Assembly: GCA_964016885.1 (NCBI GenBank)
Contig: CAXHJY010000330.1
Coordinates: forward strand, 62,001-126,000
From: Eledone cirrhosa
Taxonomy: Eukaryota
Length of the DNA stretch: 64,000 bases
Reading direction: 5' to 3'
Shown here: piece after piece, positions 58,970-64,000 of the stretch
How positions within the stretch are numbered: position 1 is the stretch's first letter
Layout: each line of letters opens with the position of its first letter
Program-made: the position numbers and the translations under genes
Notes under the pieces: generated by a model
Told to the model about the DNA's origin: nothing
Database searches by the model: none
What the model saw: only the letters and a program-made list of their open reading frames with translations

Positions 58970-59860
58970 CGTGTAGGTGTCATGACAAAAAAAAACACAC
59001 AGTCCACGCTGTAATGTGGCCGTGTAGGTGTCACAACAAAAAACACACAGTCCACGCTGTAATGTGGCCGTGTAGGTGTCACAACAAAAAACACACAGTC
59101 CACGCTGTAATGTGGCCGTGTAGGTGTCACAACAAAAAACACACAGTCCACGCTGTAATGTGGCCGTGTAGGTGTCACAACAAAAAACACACAGTCCACG
59201 CTGTAATGTGGTCGTGTAGGTGTCACAACAAACAAACACACAGTCCACGCTGTAATGTGGCCGTGTAGGTGTCACAACAAAAAACACACAGTCCACGCTG
59301 TAATGTGGCCGTGTAGGTGTCACAACAAAAAACACACAGTCCACGCTGTAATGTGGCCGTGTAGGTGTCACAACAAACAAACACACAGTCCACGCTGTAA
59401 TGTGGTCGTGTAGGTGTCACAACAAAAAACACACAGTCCACGCTGTAATGTGGTCGTGTAGGTGTCACAACAAACAAACACACAGTCCACGCTGTAATGT
59501 GGTCGTGTAGGTGTCACAACAAAAAACACACAGTCCACGCTGTAATGTGGCCGTGTAGGTGTCACAACAAACAAACACACAGTCCACGCTGTAATGTGGT
59601 CGTGTAGGTGTCACAACAAACAAACACACAGTCCACGCTGTAATGTGGCCATGTAGGTAACACGGTAAAAAGTTCCCAGTTCCACACTGTAAATGTGGTT
59701 GGTGTTAGGAAGGGCATCCAGCCCTAGAAAACCTGCCAGATAGTCCTATATGAGTGAGACACGGTCACCCGACCAACCTTGCCTCAAGTGGGACAACTCC
59801 CGTCAAACCCATGCTAGCGTGGAAGATGGACGTTAAACGATGATGATGATGATGATGATA
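58970..59860 (+). repeat. 48/49-bp tandem x14 grown from the same RTE-tailed element, ending in (GAT)n
   Basis: agtccacgctgtaatgtggccgtgtaggtgtcacaac from 59001 to 59630; reverse complement of 58285-58345. Confidence 0.9.
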
Positions 59861-60258
59861 TTATACACTATAATATATGCGTATATATATATTATATTAT
59901 ATATATATATACACTATGTATGATGCAGTTTGGTTGGAATATAGTATTGTGTGGTGTAGTACGATGTGGTGTGGTGTAATGTATTTTAGTGTAGTGTGGT
60001 TTGGTGGTAGTGGTGGTGGGGTGTTGGAGGTGGGGTGTTGGAGGTGGGGTGTTGTGTTGTGTGGTGCTACTGGTGGTGTGGGTGGTGGTGGGGTTGTGTA
60101 GTGTGGTGGTGATGTGTTGGAGGTGGGGTGTTGTGTGGTGGTACTGGTGGTGTTGGTAGTGGTGATGGCGTTTTGTGTAGTGTGGTAGGGTGTGGTGTGG
60201 TGATGGTGGTGGTGGTGTGTTGGAGGTGGTGGGGTGTTGTGTGCCTTAATGAACTCAC

Positions 60259-60346
60259 TTCCCTTCTGAAGCATCCATCTGTTTTGGCTCCGTTAATGTC
60301 ACCCACAACATCCGATCAACCCCCACCACACACACACCAGTGACAG
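60259..60346 (-). CDS. Candidate 88-bp exon (VTGVCVVGVDRMLWVTLTEPKQMDASEG)
   Basis: Acceptor gttacAG, consensus donor GAA|GTGAGT, single open frame phase 1 to 2. Confidence 0.55.
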
Positions 60347-60510
60347 CTGTAACCCCACCACCACCACCACCACCATACCACACCATCACCACCACACCAC
60401 CACACCACCTTACCACCCTTATTAATGAGTTCTACTTTAACATCCTTCCCATCCATCACCACCCCCTACACCACCACCACCACCAACACCACCACCACCA
60501 TCACCACCAC

Positions 60511-61808
60511 CAAGGGCCTTGTTTCAGGGAGGTACTAGGGGACAAGCCCCCACCACCAGCACCGCACACACACACACACTTTTTCAAACGTCTATATTTT
60601 ATATTTTGTTTATATGATATAATAAATTCTTTTTAAGCTTATTTTTTTATATCTGATCTTCATTTGAATATATAAAATTTAATTAACGTAAAATTTTACT
60701 TATGTGATAGGGTCCAGGAGAGACACCTTAAACAATACTAACATGGTCCTTTAAGGATCAACAAATGTTGGTTTGTCCCCCTCACGTTTTTAAGGCAGAC
60801 GAGACCCCTGTATGTATGTATATATGTATGTACATATATATATATATATACATATATTAATTATGTGATAGGGGCCAGGAAAGGCACCATAATACTAACA
60901 TGGTCCTTTAAGGATCAACAAATGTTGGTTTGTCCTCACGTTTTTAAGGCAGACGAGACCCCTGTATGTATGTATATGCATATATGTATGTATATATGTA
61001 TGTACATATATATATATACATATATTACTTATGTGATAGGGGCCAGGAAAGGCACCCATAATACTAACATGGTCCTTTAAGGATCAACAAATGTTGGTTT
61101 GTCCCCCTTGCATTTTTAAGGCAAAAGAGGCCCCTGTATGTATGTATGTATATATGTATGTATATATATATGTATATATGTATGTACATATATATATATA
61201 CATATATTACTTATGTGATAGGGGCCAGGAAAGGCACCATAATACTAACATGGTCCTTTAAGGATCAACAAATGTTGGTTTGTCCCCCTCACGTTTTTAA
61301 GGCAGACGAGACCCCTGTATGTATGTATATGCATATATGTATGTATATATGTATGTACATAGATATATATACATATATTACTTATATGATAGGGGCCAGG
61401 AAAGGCACCATAATACTAACATGGTCCTTTAAGGATCAACAAATGTTGGTTTGTCCCCCTTACATTTTTAAGGCAAAAGAGGCCCCTGTATGTATGTACA
61501 TATATCATCATCTGGGAGAGATGACCCCTTAGCCTTTGTCAAGGCAGAATTCTAGGAGAAGGAAAACTCTGATATAACACCTGCAACCCTGATGGTATCC
61601 AATGATGTTGACTTGTTCTTCCTTTTGGTAAATATCATCTTGGTTAAGAGAGTGGGACTGGCTTTGTGCAGTGCCTTTGCTCACTATAAAAGCTTCATGG
61701 CACAGGCATTGCTTTATATCTGGAGATCTCTCTGCACTTGTCGTCACATGGTACCATGGGCCCAGCACTATGTGTCAATAATTGTCACAAGTGTAGTGTT
61801 TGTACCAC
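60511..61808 (+). mobile_element. MITE-like element (CAGGG-type imperfect TIR, hAT-like) with its 3' part tandemly amplified x5, followed by the RTE-5'-like element
   Basis: caagggccttgtt ... aaaagaggcccctg; repeated gatagggg(t)ccagga..ggatcaacaaatgttgg blocks. Confidence 0.6.
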
Positions 61809-61881
61809 TAGTACATGTGCCTCCACTATATATTTATATAATATATATATATATACACACACACATACATTCGCATATATA

Positions 61882-61928
<47 letters not shown>

Positions 61929-61984
61929 ATGTATATATATTTATATATATTTTTCATTTATATTTTTTTATATATATATGTATG

Positions 61985-62017
<33 letters not shown>

Positions 62018-62179
62018 ATATATATATATATGTATATATATATGTGTATATATATATATGTATAATATATATGTATGTATAATATATATGTATGTATGTA
62101 TATATGTACGTATATATATATATGTAATATTTATATATGTATATATATATATATGTGTGTATATATATATATATACACA

Positions 62180-62223
<44 letters not shown>

Positions 62224-62237
62224 TGTGTATATATATA

Positions 62238-62278
<41 letters not shown>

Positions 62279-62279
62279 A

Positions 62280-62311
<32 letters not shown>

Positions 62312-62474
62312 CACACACAAGTACAGACACTCAATATGCCAGCAATAAAGACAGTCTCCAGACAGTTCCATTGTCTGAGAGTTTTCTCTGTTTATTCTGC
62401 TTAATGGTTCTATGGAGACTTAGAAACACTGCTGCCTGGTATATATATAGTGTGTGTGTATATATATATATATA

Positions 62475-62524
<50 letters not shown>

Positions 62525-62551
62525 TGTGTGTGTATATATATATATAGTGTG

Positions 62552-62594
<43 letters not shown>

Positions 62595-62666
62595 TGTATG
62601 TATATATATATATACATATAGTGTGTGTATATATATATATATATAGTGTGTGTGTATATATATATA

Positions 62667-62777
<111 letters not shown>

Positions 62778-62892
62778 TGTATATATATATATATAGTGTA
62801 TATATATATACTATATATATATATATATAGTATATATATATATATATATAGTGTGTGTGTATGTGTATATATATATATATAGGTATATATAT

Positions 62893-62930
<38 letters not shown>

Positions 62931-63167
62931 GTGTGTGTGTGTATATATATTATATATATATATATAAATACACTATATATATATATATATATAGTGTATA
63001 TATATATATTTATAAAATGTGTGTGTATGTGTATATATATATATAAATATATATATATATAGTATGTATATATACCAGGCAGCAATGTTTCAAAGTCTCT
63101 ACAGAACCATTATATATAGTATATATATATAGTATATATATATATATAGTATATATATATACATATA

Positions 63168-63218
<51 letters not shown>

Positions 63219-63311
63219 ATTCAGTTACAATAATACATTAGTGTCCATGTGTTTTAAACATATGGACACAATACTTAAGTAGATAGAGAGATAGATAGAT
63301 AGATATATCTA

Positions 63312-63363
<52 letters not shown>

Positions 63364-63589
63364 TTAAAATAACAGATTAAAGTTTAAGCAAAAAATCGCT
63401 GCTTTCACCCTTAATGGGATCTTCTGAAACTAAAAAAAAAAATCAATCTGTGAACACAGAAGTAAATATTTCGAAAAACGTTGCAACCGAAGGAAGACAG
63501 GAAGGTGATACTTTGGTTCATGGAGAAGTTCCCTGGCAATAAATGGGGAAAAAAGCGAAGATAATATGTCATTATTTGTCATTATTTGT

Positions 63590-63938
63590 CTTACGTCCCT
63601 TTACGATCTGAGTTCAAATCCCGCCGAGGTTGACTTTGCCTTTCATCCTTACGGGGTCGATAAAATAAAGTACCAGTAATGCACTGGGTAATTGCTGGCC
63701 TTGTGCCTAAAGTAGAAACAATTATTTGTCATTATTTGTCATTATTGTGGACTGGCAGTATTGGTAGAGGGTCGGACGCCATGCTTTGACGCATAGAGTT
63801 ACGGCCCTTGCCATTCTGAGTTCAAATCCTGCCAAGGTTAACTTTGCCTTTCATCCTTACTGGGTCGATAAAATATAGTACCAGTAATGCACTGGGTAAT
63901 TGCTGGCCTTGTTTGTGCCTAACGTAGAAACAATTATT
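63590..63938 (+). mobile_element. Two family 1 SINE copies
   Basis: B-box and core. Confidence 0.8.
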
Positions 63939-64000
63939 TGGAACGATGAGAACAAATATCACACGAAAAGACAAAACCATGTTTATGGTATATATTCTGT

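Overview
This is eukaryotic, extremely repeat-rich animal DNA with no prokaryotic gene structure. The mix of SINE, RTE, CR1 and MITE elements with huge (TA)n and (GGT)n tracts suggests a coleoid cephalopod such as octopus (inference). Almost all ORFs in the supplied track are microsatellite artefacts. The main hidden signal is a dense population of type I hammerhead ribozyme (HHR) motifs: about 24 full-core copies in at least 5 sequence families, plus partial ones. They sit in short non-coding Penelope-pLTR/retrozyme-like units inserted into (TA)n tracts, mostly as head-to-head palindromes. The largest is a 467-bp HHR unit forming a 4.35-kb tandem-plus-inverted array (5994-10348) with 2085-bp arms, whose 124-bp loop contains one ribozyme. 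Also present: a TTAA-flanked piggyBac-type MITE that has grown a 48 x 72-bp satellite with higher-order repeats, tRNA-derived SINEs (some in tandem), RTE and CR1 LINE fragments, a non-autonomous Helitron, and many minisatellites. Short exons of a probable minus-strand host gene are visible, and one putative intron consists entirely of a minisatellite that repeats its own splice-site sequence. All structures were read by eye; none were computed or database-checked.
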